Positions 12,830 to 24,746 are shown, counted from the first letter of the stretch. The stretch: DNA of 37,712 nucleotides from Octopus sinensis (GCF_006345805.1 NW_021832322.1:1-37712), one strand, 5' to 3'. Numbers and translations are program-made. Notes: generated from the letters alone by a model not told the origin.

Positions 12830-13370
12830 AAGAAGTGGAGGAGAGAGAGAGACAGATGTAGAGAGAAATGAGACGAAAGAGAGAAAGTGAGAAAGAAAGA
12901 AAGCGACAAAGAGAGAGAGAGAGGAGAGAGAAAGTGAGAGAGGCAATAAGAGAGAGAAAATGGGTAAGAGTGATAAAGAGAGAGAGAAAGAGGGAGAGAA
13001 AGATATGTAAATACAGAGAAAGGTAGCGAAGGCAATGAGATACAAAATATGAGAGAGAGCAAATTTACATCGCCATAGAAAGAGGAAGAGAAAGAGGAAG
13101 ACAAAGAGAGAGAGAGAGAGAGAGAATGAAGTAGGACACACATACAAATACACGTACACACATTGACATTCACTCAAACACACACACGCGCGCGCGCACA
13201 CGAGCACACAGAATCATGCACTCACACATGTATGTACGGACATGTAAGTACAGGGAGAGAAATGGATAGAGAGAAGTGAAAACATAATGGCAGCCATTAG
13301 AGAGACTTATAAGGAAACTAGGAGGGAGAAAATGAAGGAAATGAAGAGAGAGATAGGGAAATAGATAGAC

Positions 13371-13456
<86 letters not shown>

Positions 13457-13461
13457 CAGAC

Positions 13462-13532
<71 letters not shown>

Positions 13533-13535
13533 CAG
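12830..13535. repeat. AG-rich low-complexity tract followed by (GATA)n at about 13365-13535
   Basis: Directly visible. Confidence 0.9.
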
Positions 13536-13949
13536 ATAGTGTGAGAGGGAGAGAGGGAAGAAAGCAGTTTGAATAAGTTGACCAAATATAAAGAGGAATA
13601 TTTCGAGAAATCCATTCATTTCTCGAGGCTTTGGTAGTTGCAAAGAAATCTGCCGCCAACCAACTTGGGAAGTTGGCCTCAAGACCTGAAGATCTTTGGA
13701 ATCAGGATATTGTGAACAAGATTCAAAGTACCAGAATGGATTTCTTTTCGCTGATATCTGATGATCTAACCGTGAATAATATGCCCAGTGGACACTATTG
13801 TGGAAGCTGTGAATATTTTCAGACATTCGAATTCTTGTAGAGAAGATTCAGTTACTGCTGTTTACAGGAGATAGCCAACAGGAATTTCGCAATAACAGAC
13901 ATATCTCTCACTTACCTCACTCACTAAGTCTCACCCTCGGCCATTTTCT

Positions 13950-14186
13950 TCTTTGATAGCGTCTAATCCGGGGTCGACCTACGCCAACCTTTGTCAGTGA
14001 AAGCGTGTAAAAACAAATTGTGCTGAAGACAATGGTATTTTCGTAATTGTTATTGAGCGGGATCCATATTCTTTGATAGTGTAAAATCTACAGTTGACCT
14101 AAGCCAACTTTTGTTAGTTAATCCGTGCAGAAGGAAATTGTGCTGAAGTCTGTGGTGTTTTCTCTAATTGTTATTGAACGGGTCCC
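13950..14186 (+). repeat. Diverged tandem duplication, two units of about 120 bp, probably derived from a SINE family 2 body
   Basis: Both units begin tctttgatag (13950, 14070) and share gacct..gccaac, aaattgtgctgaag and taattgttattga.cggg. The sequence resembles the reverse complement of 32104-32180. Confidence 0.75.
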
Positions 14187-14594
14187 CACTTCAATTGTAC
14201 GGGTGAACACCGCTATCAGACCGTTTCGCGTCAACCAATGAAAGTTCACAGAACATTCAACTTGCTAGAAATAGCAACCGAATTGCTGTAAATTACAATG
14301 TATAGTCATATGTATATTTCTCTTTTGTTTGTGATACTTAAAATTCTTTCTCTGACAAAAGAGCTGGATTCTAACAAAGATACAAACCCCTATATTTGGA
14401 GTGTAGATAACGAAAACAGTGGAACATATTATTAAACCTATGGAAAGTCTTGCATATTTTTATAGTTCCACATATTGATTGTATTTGCAATGTGCGATTT
14501 TTGCTGACACCTTTCTCTGAAAATTCGAGCATAGCCACACTATATATATGTATATATGTATGTATGCATGTATGTATGTATGTATGTATGTATG

Positions 14595-14628
<34 letters not shown>

Positions 14629-15123
14629 GGTAGGTAGGTAGGTATGTATGTATTATTGTGTATGTGTGCGTGTGTGTATGTGTGTTTGTATGTATGTAGG
14701 CATTCCTGTCTGTGTATCTATGGGTGTGAATGTATGGTTGAAAAGGCCAGCGAGGGTGGCCTGTGCATTCTTGCAATAAGTGACAGACATAGCAGCAAAA
14801 TTCTCCCCCAAATCACCATTGTCTTGTGGCTGTGTATATGTGTATATTTATGCAAGTATACGGACATGGCCAGTATGTCATCTCAATGGTATCTATTTAT
14901 TTGTGTATGGGCGTGTAAATATGAAAAAAATATAGTGATTTGTATTTGTAATCACACACACACACACAAAGCAAACAATTAAATTTTAATGAATGTATAT
15001 ATTAAAGTATATGGTGGTCTAGATGTAAGTAAATCGATAAAATAAGGCCAGTTGAACACTGGGTCGATCGACTATCCCACTTCCTCAAAAATCGCTAGCC
15101 TTCTACTAAAAATTTGATATCTC

Positions 15124-15124
<1 letters not shown>

Positions 15125-15189
<65 letters not shown>
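15125..15189. repeat. (ATT)n microsatellite
   Basis: Directly visible. Confidence 0.95.
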
Positions 15190-15345
15190 CGTTCGCCTTC
15201 ACGTTCTGAGTTCAAATTCTTCAGAGATCGACTTTGCCTTTCATCTCTTCGGGGATCGATAAAATAGGTACCAGTTGCGTACTGGGGTCGATTTACTCGA
15301 CTTAGCCCCTACCCGAAACTGTTAGCCTTGTACCAAAATTTATAA
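15190..15345 (+). mobile_element. 5'-truncated SINE family 1-related copy
   Basis: acgttctgagttcaaattc...gatcgactttgcctttcatctcttcggggatcgataaaataggtaccagttgcgtactggggtcgat. A smaller fragment lies at about 15035-15115. Confidence 0.8.
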
Positions 15346-16515
15346 TGATTATTATTATTGATATTCATTTTTTCGAGGTTGTTGAATAGAGGACCAGTCA
15401 AGTACTGGGAAGTAAAGTCCCCTCCCCTCCAAACCTCTGGCTGGAGGCGCAGATTTGAAACAATTCTATTTACGTGAAGAACTCTGCTCAACAATTTGCA
15501 ATTAACCTTCAATATAACTCGTCCCACGATCGAACACAAAACGAGAGTCTCTGAAGCGACTCTTTAAGTACACGGCCATTCCAGCACCTGTAAAAAGCAC
15601 GAAATATCTTCTTTATATTGGAAATTGTTAAAGGGCTGGAATATTCCGCAGAATGAGTCAGAGAGAAGAGCATCCAACGTAGTTTAAGGCAATCCTAGTA
15701 ATCGCATCTTAAAAGCCCGCCGACAGTGAATGGCTTTCAATTTTCTTCATTATTTCTTTCCATTTCATTTAATATTTCGTTTTGTTTTCTCATTTTGTTT
15801 TACTATATCCAGTCTTGATTGTTGTTCTTTTATAATCTTTTGAGAGCAGAATACTTACAAATGCCTGCTGTTTAAATGAATCTGTCAAAATCATCTTATA
15901 GATTGAGTTATTTGCCTAAAGGTAACTCGCTTATTTCAAAGTAATAAAAAATAAATACGAAGCAAACGGAAAACAATGGAAAGCATTTAAAAATATCTAA
16001 AAAAAAAACAAGATCTAAAACGACATTCGTTGTGTGAATGTATGAAGAATATTAAAAGAAAAAAAATACGATAAAAAGAACAAGTCTTGAAAAAGATCAT
16101 CAGAAACTACGAAATAAACCACAGATATTCTCCTCTCTAGGATAATGATTTCTGTTTCACCAGCTCTCACTCTTTGTCTGTCTGTCGGTCGTTCTTTCTT
16201 TCATAAGATGTCAGCAACTTCTGTTTTATTACTCCATTCGTTTATGTAGATTATTTCAGGTGCCCAAGGTCGTGAACATCTGTTAAAAATAGCAAATCAT
16301 AAAAAAAAAACAGAAACGTGGCTGATTCTAATTATGCTCTTAGATTTTTATTATTATTTAAGATGCTCATCGCTATGTGTTCCATTCCTGGGTGGGTCTT
16401 ATAAAAATCTTAAGCATATTTGTGACACGAGTATCTATACACATACATGCATACGTGCATACATATATACACATATATTAGGTCACCTTTTTGTGTATAA
16501 TATACATTTTATATA

Positions 16516-16547
<32 letters not shown>

Positions 16548-16640
16548 CATATTATTATATATATGTATATATACATTATATACATATATACATAGTATAT
16601 ATATACATATGTATATATTATATATATATATACATAAAGT

Positions 16641-16858
16641 TAATCCAAACAAGAAAGCACAAAAAAACACAACAACGCGAGGATGTTGAACAAATATAGT
16701 ATTATTGGAAAGCTCAGGAAAGAAGGAAAGAAGGAGGGTTTAACGTTTCGAGCGGAGCTCTTCGTCGGAAACATAGGAGAAGGGAAGACGGAGGAAAAAA
16801 ATCGCCAACGGTACACACGAGGTCGCATTTTGAAAGACCGGAAGGAAAAGGGTGAAGA
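16641..16858 (-). mobile_element. Short repeat family A, copy 1 (putative Penelope-like or retrozyme-like element)
   Basis: Homologous to 18413-18604 (+), 19671-19853 (-) and 30578-30800 (+). Its 3' end abuts (TA)n. Confidence 0.8.
16738..16772 (-). ncRNA. Minimal type I hammerhead ribozyme-like motif (family A), best-preserved copy
   Basis: Minus strand: GUUU CCGACGA A GAGC-UCC-GCUC GAAAC GUU AAAC. It has a 4-bp stem I, a 4-bp stem II, a palindromic loopless stem III (AACGUU) and a GUU triplet. Core position 4 is C instead of U. Confidence 0.65.
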
Positions 16859-18306
16859 TATGCACATACATACACTCACACACACAAAAATATAAATGAG
16901 AAAAAGAAAACGGGGAAATTGACATATTAACATCAATTTATCCGAACACAATGCAATTTTTCACAATAACTAACCCAATTTCACCAACAATTGTCTCTAT
17001 CCCCAATTAAATCAATTTCAGAAAGTAAATTAGAGCAAATTGGATTACATTTCCAGATCGAATATCGTTAACTGGGCATTTCATCAAGGAAAGAATTCGA
17101 TAGAAAGGAGCTACATTCCAACGTGTTGTTGACCCTTAATAGACTCAAAAACGTGTGTTTCAGTAACCGATGTATTTGAAAAACACCGTTACTTATATAT
17201 ATGTAAATGCAAAATTGTTTAATGCAATTGTACGCATGCGCGCGTGTAATGTATTAAAAAAAGAAAACACAAAATATCTGCTAGTTAGCTTAAACGATAT
17301 TTAGATACTACTAATTTAAACTAGGAGCTAAAATACATTATACCTAATTTACACTGTTACCTGTGATAGATCGAAATGTCATTAAAATATTTAATCACTT
17401 TATTATAAGTCTCTCAGTTGCAATCTAGATATTATAGTGAAATAATAAAATATTTTTATTATTGTTTATCATTTTATATTACTAAAACCATGGTAACGTA
17501 TAATATTTTTATTATGTATTTGTACGTGTGTGTGCGTGTGTGTGTTAATGTGTTGAAAGCTACATAAACGATGACGAATCAAAACTGCTTAATAATTACC
17601 ACAGCTGAATATTACATCATCAGTATTTGTGCACACTATATTTTACATAATAGGGGGAATATATGCATACGTTCTTAATTGCGGAAAGCACTAACGTTAA
17701 CAAATCAAAATTAATGAAATTCACAAAAATTAAAACCATTATTGAATTAATACGTAGAATCATTAACTTAAGATTACCAAATATTTTTTAAAGTATATTA
17801 ATCACAGATTCGTAAGATATGTACTTAAATTAAAATTATTTTAATTTTTATATAATTCAGTTAGCTAAAAATAAAACCTTATGTCCATATTTACCATTTA
17901 TTTTATATTTTAATATTAATATGCTATCTACTAAGAGTTACCTAATTTTTATAGCTATAATTGTTAGTATATTAATCGCGAGATTCCGCCTAAATTTATT
18001 GTCCTGGTAACGTTTACATAGTATTTAATGGTAGTTGTTGTATACTAGCCTATAGTCATGAAAGGAATTCTCACCCTCTTTTTTGTGTTATTGAGACTGC
18101 TTTTGGAATTTGCGATTTGGTATAATTCTTCTACGCAAAGAAGCCAAAAGGCATTGTCAATGTTTTAGGTACTAGCTCTGTATATTAATTCCCACAGTAA
18201 CCATCTTAATTTGATCTTTGAGTCCCAAATAAATACTAAGACTAATATAAGACGACTTATTTCTTCGTATTAAATACGTTTTTTGATGTCAAAGAAATTC
18301 TCACCA

Positions 18307-18345
<39 letters not shown>

Positions 18346-18412
18346 GTGTGTGTGATGTGTGTGTGTGTGTTGTGTGTGGTGTGTGTGGTGTGGTGTGTGT
18401 GTGTGTGTGATC

Positions 18413-18604
18413 TCGTGAGTACACCAGCGATATTTTCCCTCGTCTCCCTTCTCGGGATCTTTCCTTCTCCTATGTTTCCGACGAAGAGCTCCGCTCGAAA
18501 CGTTACACCCTCCTTCTTCCCTTCTTTCCTGAGCGTCAAATAATACTTTATTTTGTTCCACGTCCTCGCGTTGCTGTGTATTATTTCTGCTTCTTGTTTG
18601 ATTA
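18413..18604 (+). mobile_element. Repeat family A, copy 2, with hammerhead-like motif at 18474-18508
   Basis: GTTT CCGACGA AGAGCTCCGCTC GAAACGTT ACAC: same core and stem II as copy 1, with one stem I mismatch. Lies between a (TG)n field and (TA)n. Confidence 0.8.
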
Positions 18605-18606
18605 AA

Positions 18607-18658
<52 letters not shown>

Positions 18659-18800
18659 AGTGAACAATTAAGTATAATCTCTTTTAATTTTGGGATCTTA
18701 ACAGAATTATCGGTAGCTAGCGTGAAACCTCATAAAAGAAAAGAATTCGAAAATAATTTTTTCTTTGAACAAATTAATTTATCGATATTGTATAGAGGCC

Positions 18801-19308
18801 TATACACAAAATGCCTCACACTCAGGGACAAGTCATACTACCAAAATTACACTAATCATACCCAAATGCATTTTTCAAGCAAGCATTTAAAAAAATGAAT
18901 TTAGTTCTGTATCACCGTGATTTCACATCAACTTACGCTAATGATCCTCAGCAGAACTGATCTGAAACAATAATAAATAAAACTACCAAACACGTTGAGA
19001 AGGACGAACAGACAAACTGCTCACTGGCCAGCACATGGAATGTTGTATAAATAATATCCGGTAAATGGGCGGGCTTTTTACGAACTGCATGTCGGTAATG
19101 AAAAGTATTCTATAATAAGTTTACAATTAGGATAATCTCTAATAAGGGATCTTACAAAAAGAAATTATCAGGTAGTTAGCGTGAAAATCACGGTGATACA
19201 GAATAAATCATTTTTTTTAAATGTCTGCTTTGAACCAACTGCATTGGGTAGATTAGTATAATTTTGGTAGTATGACTTTGTCCCTCCTAGGTGAGGATTT
19301 ATGTGTAA
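18801..19308. repeat. Inverted repeat with arms of about 126 bp (18801-18926 and 19181-19308), plus a direct repeat of about 64 bp (18664-18727 and 19123-19186)
   Basis: The reverse complement of the left arm (gtgaaatcacggtgatacagaactaaattcattttttt...ttttggtagtatgacttgtccct...gtgaggcattttgtgtata) aligns with the right arm with scattered mismatches. Confidence 0.85.
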
Positions 19309-19347
19309 TAATGCCGCTTATAAATATATATATAATATGTATATAAT

Positions 19348-19500
19348 GCTTTTACTTGGTGCAGTCATTTGACTACAGCCATGCTTGATCCCCGCATTCA
19401 ATCGAACGAATCACCACGGACTTGTTCTTTGTAAGCCTAGTATATATTCTATCGGTTTCTATTGCCGAACCGCTAGCTTATGTGGACATAAACAAACACA
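19348..19500 (-). mobile_element. SINE family 3, 3' portion
   Basis: Minus strand: ...gcggttcggcaatagaaaccgatagaatatatactaggcttacaaagaacaagtcc...gcatggctg TAGTC-AAAT-GACTG. Homologous to 31747-31915 and 33903-34090. Confidence 0.75.
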
Positions 19501-19625
19501 CAAATGCATATTCATACACATTCTTCGACAGAAAGGATTCAGAGAGAAAAAACTGAAACAGAATAAAAAAAGAAAACAGAGATATGATTGTGTTATGACA
19601 CGTTTCCGGGTATATGTGTGTGTGT

Positions 19626-19660
<35 letters not shown>

Positions 19661-19670
19661 ATAATATACA

Positions 19671-19853
19671 GTTAATCCAACAAGAAGCACAAAAAAAAAA
19701 CACAACAACGCGAGGACGCGGAACAAATATAGTATTTATTAGATGCTCAGGAAAGAAGGAAAGAAGGAGGGTTTAACGTTTCGAGCGGAGCTCTTCGTCG
19801 GAAAAATAGGAGAAGGGAAGACAGAGGAAAAAAATCGCCAACGGTACACACGA
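19671..19853 (-). mobile_element. Repeat family A, copy 3, with hammerhead-like motif at 19771-19805
   Basis: Minus strand: TTTT CCGACGA AGAGCTCCGCTC GAAACGTT AAAC, with an intact variant core and a 3-bp stem I. Lies between (TA)n and (TG)n. Confidence 0.8.
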
Positions 19854-20385
19854 ACTCATGTGTGTGTGTGTGTATGTATCTATGTATGTATATAGGTATG
19901 TATGTGGAAATAGACTTGTATATAGATAAACAGGGGAGAGAGGGAACGAGTGTTGGACAGAGAGAAGAGAGAGCTACAGAAGAAATGATTGAATATATGC
20001 ACCAGGAATTTTAGAGTGCTTATGGACAGTTTCACCAAAATATGCGTACAAGAGTGTTCGTCTCCTTCTTCTGCATTCTTTCCTTCTTCTTCATTGTCTC
20101 TCGCTTTCTTTCCCTCTCTTCTTTCTCTCTCTCTCTCTTTCTGTCAATATCTCCGATAGAAGATAAAAATAGGAAAAGCAAGAAGTGCAAAGAAAAAAAT
20201 AAATATTAGGAGGAGGAGGAAGAAGGGGGAAGAAGAAAAGAATAAGAATAAGAAGAGAAGAAGAAGAGGAAGAAGGGGAAGATGAAGACCAACAACAACA
20301 ACAAAGGACAACACACGAGAATACAATGATGGAGAAGTGTTAGAACAGCGACAATAACAGTGACAACTTTCGTAATAATGATGAT

Positions 20386-20532
20386 GAAGAAGAAGAAGAA
20401 GAAGAAGAAGAAGAAGAAGAAGAAGAAGAAGAAGAAGAAGAAGAAGAAGAAGAAGAAGAAGAAGAAGAAGAAGAAGAAGAAGAAGAAGAAGAAGAAGAAG
20501 AAGAAGAAGAAGAAGAAGGAGAAGAAGAAGAA
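20386..20532. repeat. (GAA)n microsatellite, 44 uninterrupted units (20386-20517) plus a short tail
   Basis: Directly visible. It explains the poly-K and poly-L ORFs. Confidence 0.95.
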
Positions 20533-20797
20533 GTGGAAGTAATGGTGAGAAAATAACGAAGAGAGAAGTGACGGCGGGAAAAGAAAGAAATAAAGAATTT
20601 CTGCGATAAGAAGCTGGAAATTTTGGAGAAGTGTCAGAAGGTTTGTTTACCGATTCCAAGTGCCAAGGTGTTGTTGGCTGGAGATGTTATTTTAACTTTA
20701 TACTTATTGACTTTGATCGATTAGCACCAGTAGAAATTGGTTAAGGTTATGAAAGTGTCCGTTGATTGAGGCAGAGATATGGAATTGGTAAATGTCT

Positions 20798-20833
<36 letters not shown>

Positions 20834-21279
20834 GAGAGCCAGATAAAAAGAGATACAGGAAGAGAGGGTGTGTGAAATATGTGTATTTGTTTGCTTGTGT
20901 GTGTGTGCGTAGGGGTGTGTTTGTATGTGTATTTCTGCGTGTGTGTGTGTGTGTGCCTTTATGTATGTGTGTGTGTGTATTGGTTTTCGTGTTTTTGTCT
21001 ATTTTCCTGTACTTCTGAGCTTGGGTGTATGTTGTTGTTGTTGTTGTTGTCAATGTTTTGTGAATGCGTGAACGTGTGTGTGTATGTGTGTGTGCACGTG
21101 TGTGTGCGTGTGTGTGTGTGGGTTTGTCTTTTTGCGTTTGCGCGAGTTTCTGGGTCGAGAAAGAAATTGAATAAACTAGGACATGGTGGATGAGTGGCGA
21201 TGGGCGTTGGATATGCCAGGACTAAAACTAACGTCTGTCTATTGCTGTTGTTGTTGTTGTCGTTTAATCATGCGTCAAC

Positions 21280-21389
21280 ATTGGCCATTTTCGGGGTCGA
21301 TAAATTAAGTTCTAGTTGCGTTTTGGGGTCGATCTAATCGACTGGAACACTCCCCCCAAATTTCAGACCTTGTGCCTACAGTAGAAAAG
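21280..21389 (+). mobile_element. SINE family 1-related 3' fragment; an older minus-strand fragment lies at about 21498-21570
   Basis: tttcggggtcgataaattaag...ggggtcgatctaatcgactgg...ccccccaaatttcagaccttgtgcct. Confidence 0.7.
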
Positions 21390-22447
21390 ATGTGCGTGTT
21401 GTTCGTGTGTGTGTGTGTATGTGTGTGTGCGTGTGTGTGGGAGAGGGAGAGAGAGAGAGAGAGAGAGAGAGTGTGTGTTGTTTGTTTGTGTGTATATAAA
21501 ACCCCAGTTCTCTACTGGTACAAGATTTAAGCGACCACGAAATTCGACGTCGGCAGGATTTGAACTCTGTAAATGATAAAGTGCAGCGAATGACTAAAAT
21601 GTTTTTTTCAGACGGTTCCATGGTTCGTTTGATCCAACGATTTTATTCCTAAAAAAAGAAAAAAAGAAAGGTAAAATTGGAGTAATTTTTAAGAAAGGTG
21701 TCAGATCAATAAACTTGCACTTCAAACTACATTTTGTAATTTGTTTTATCGTTCCTTGGAAGGACAAATGTCAAAGTCGACACGAGCGGGATATGAAACC
21801 GGATTCCAAATCGCCGTAAATAAATCCTGCAGACCATTTCATCACTCACTTCTCCGACAGTGCCAATACCATAAAGATGTCAATAATTGTCAGAGTTTCT
21901 ACACCCCCCACCCCGGCCAAACAGAATCAATAGTTTCCTGGCGAATAGTTTGTCATGTTGTCGAAATCAGTTTGTAAACGTCGCGATGAATTAAGATAAA
22001 GCGGGTTCCCTAAAGGTCACGAGAACTGTGGGCTACGACCAATCAATAAGCGCTCCGTCGAATATATTAAGCTGCGTTCATATGAATCTCATGAATATTT
22101 CTCTGATTCCTCAACGTGAAAGGTCCGTGACAAAAATATGTGAATGTTCCGAAAAGGGCTCACTTTAATAAGGACGTCGATTTGTTGCGGTTTTTTGCTC
22201 AGATCAACAGCGATGGAGCACAATTTTATTCAAAGGCGTTCCAAACATGGCTCTACCATCTTTATCTTCAACTATAATTCATCTAATATTTTAACCGATG
22301 TAGCCTTAAATGGGATTAGTTATAAGGCGTTTGGGGGTGACGGAACAGAAAAGAAAAAAAAAAGCCCAGATGTTTTGTTTCGAACGTTGTCGGCATGGAT
22401 GGAATACGTGTTATTGTTTAGACCCAATAAGCACTGATCAAGCACCT

Positions 22448-22448
<1 letters not shown>

Positions 22449-22486
<38 letters not shown>
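22449..22486. repeat. (AGT)n microsatellite
   Basis: Directly visible. Confidence 0.9.
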
Positions 22487-22487
<1 letters not shown>

Positions 22488-22751
22488 TAATAACGAAACA
22501 ATGTATTCAGTTCATCTCAAGGAAACAGCCAAACTCCGCACGGAACATCGCCTGTCAATGGTTCCACGCTGTGTCATTCTTATCGAAGTCTCATTAAGCG
22601 ATGCTAATACGATATTAGCTGTATGCAGTAATCCCTCGATTATGGCAGGTGTTACTTTCCAAAATTACCTGCGATAGGTGAAAATCCTCTAAGCAGAGTC
22701 ACTACCGATCTGTATATTTGTATTATTATTTTTATAATTTGTATATATTTA

Positions 22752-23135
22752 TCTCTCTCTATATAAACGGCAGTTTGTCTGTGCGTTTTCTGTGTGTCTG
22801 TTTTCTCGTACCCTCACTCTGACCACGGCTTTCAACCGATTCTGATGAAACTTGACACACACATAGCCCAATGTCATAATTCAAAACTAACGCAGCGAAA
22901 ATTTTGAAAAGTTCCCCCAGTTCTGAAAAAAATCGATAAATTCGACATGGGGTCGAGAATCAGAAACCCAAACCACAGACCGTCTACGGGACGCAACTCC
23001 ACCTTTTTTAACTCGCAAAAAAAATTTACCATCATTTTTTTTCCATTTTTTTGCTATTTTTTGGCTATAACTCTCTAAAAATGCTTTATAGTTATTTCCC
23101 TTACAAACCTGAGCAACGCCGGGCGATACTGCTAG
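22752..23135 (+). mobile_element. Complete non-autonomous Helitron (384 bp)
   Basis: It begins TC after a host A and ends CTAG before a host T. A subterminal GC-rich hairpin CCTG-AGCAACGC-CGGG (23108-23123) lies 8 nt before CTAG. It has no TSD or TIR. These are the canonical Helitron terminal features. Confidence 0.8.
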
Positions 23136-23174
23136 TCTTATTATAAATGCAAAACAACACCAGACATTCTCCCC

Positions 23175-23176
<2 letters not shown>

Positions 23177-23211
<35 letters not shown>

Positions 23212-23248
23212 ATATCTATCTATCTATCTATCTATTTATCTATCTATT

Positions 23249-23303
<55 letters not shown>

Positions 23304-23304
23304 T

Positions 23305-23335
<31 letters not shown>

Positions 23336-23426
23336 CTATTTATCTATCTACCTATCTATCCATCTATCTATCTATCTGTCTGTATATCTATCTATCTATC
23401 TATCTATCTATCTCTCTATCTATCTA

Positions 23427-23460
<34 letters not shown>
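23177..23460. repeat. Long (TATC)n array with TATT variants
   Basis: Directly visible. Confidence 0.95.
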
Positions 23461-23461
<1 letters not shown>

Positions 23462-24567
23462 ATATATATATATATATATAATATGTATATATGTATAATA
23501 TATATCCCTCTATCTGTCTATACACAAAAATATATATAGCATAGATGGTCGAAAATCCGAAATCACTATCAATGCTACTCTTTTTTAAATGCTTGAAGTA
23601 ACTCGACAGGTTAATATAAAACTTTATTATAGCTGAACATAAAAACAAACATAAATATATTTATGTATATATATATATATGTGTGTGTGTGTGCTTGCGT
23701 GCGTGTTCACGAAAGTGTATTTGATTGTGTGTGTATGTGTGTGTGCGTACATATGTATGTGTACATGCAGGTGTGCATGTGAGCCGGTACAATTATTCAT
23801 TGAATTATAGCACTGAACAACACAATATCCATTCTAGTCGTTAAAGAAGATATCAATTAAATTCTGCCAAAGTTTGTCCCAATGCTTCGTTGTATTTCAA
23901 CAGAACCTGTTAAATAAGGAAAAAAACGATTATTAAGCACACTAATGCTGAATTTACAGCAACGGTTTCTCAAAGAAAATCGAAAAGCACAGATGTTCCT
24001 CCAAAAGCCAGGTGGAAGATAGAGAATGGTGGTATAAAATTCTCCTGCAGAGATAGTTTTTCTGTTTCAAATGTTTGAAAACTGCTTCACGAGGGAGATG
24101 AGTATTCTAAATATCTGATTAATATTGAAATCAAATTCGATGATGCATCAGTTTTGAACAATTAGATAAGTTATTCATAGATAAATTTTATAAGAAATCA
24201 TGGTATCTTGTACACTATCAGCACACTTATAAAACCAAAGGAAAAGCTGAAAGGAGGATGTCTGCTTAGTCCAAGATTCCTTTAATCGTCCTCCATAGTT
24301 TTGTACTTCACAGAGTACATATACAAACAATAGCATGGAAAGATTGTTCATCAGGATATTAGTAACTAAGAAATTTACGAAAAAGTCGCTTTTGTTTCGA
24401 TTTAACAATGCATATCATTATACATAGACATTTATATAGCTATTTACTAACGCGCATAGACACTTTACCCGTATAATATTTCTAATTCTTTATAGAATAT
24501 CAAGAAACATACTACGAAACGTCTATTGTGCATTAAAATTCTTCTTGTAACTTGTCTACTATTTATG

Positions 24568-24600
<33 letters not shown>

Positions 24601-24602
24601 TA

Positions 24603-24678
<76 letters not shown>

Positions 24679-24746
24679 TATATAGTACAAAAGTAACTGT
24701 ATTCAAAAACAGAAATATGTATGTATATTACATGTCATATATATAT

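Noticed and set aside
23990-24420. Protein-like plus-strand fragments (KYLINIEIKFDDASV, DKFYKKSWYLVHYQH)
   Set aside because: They are broken by stops and frameshifts, and I recognise no family.
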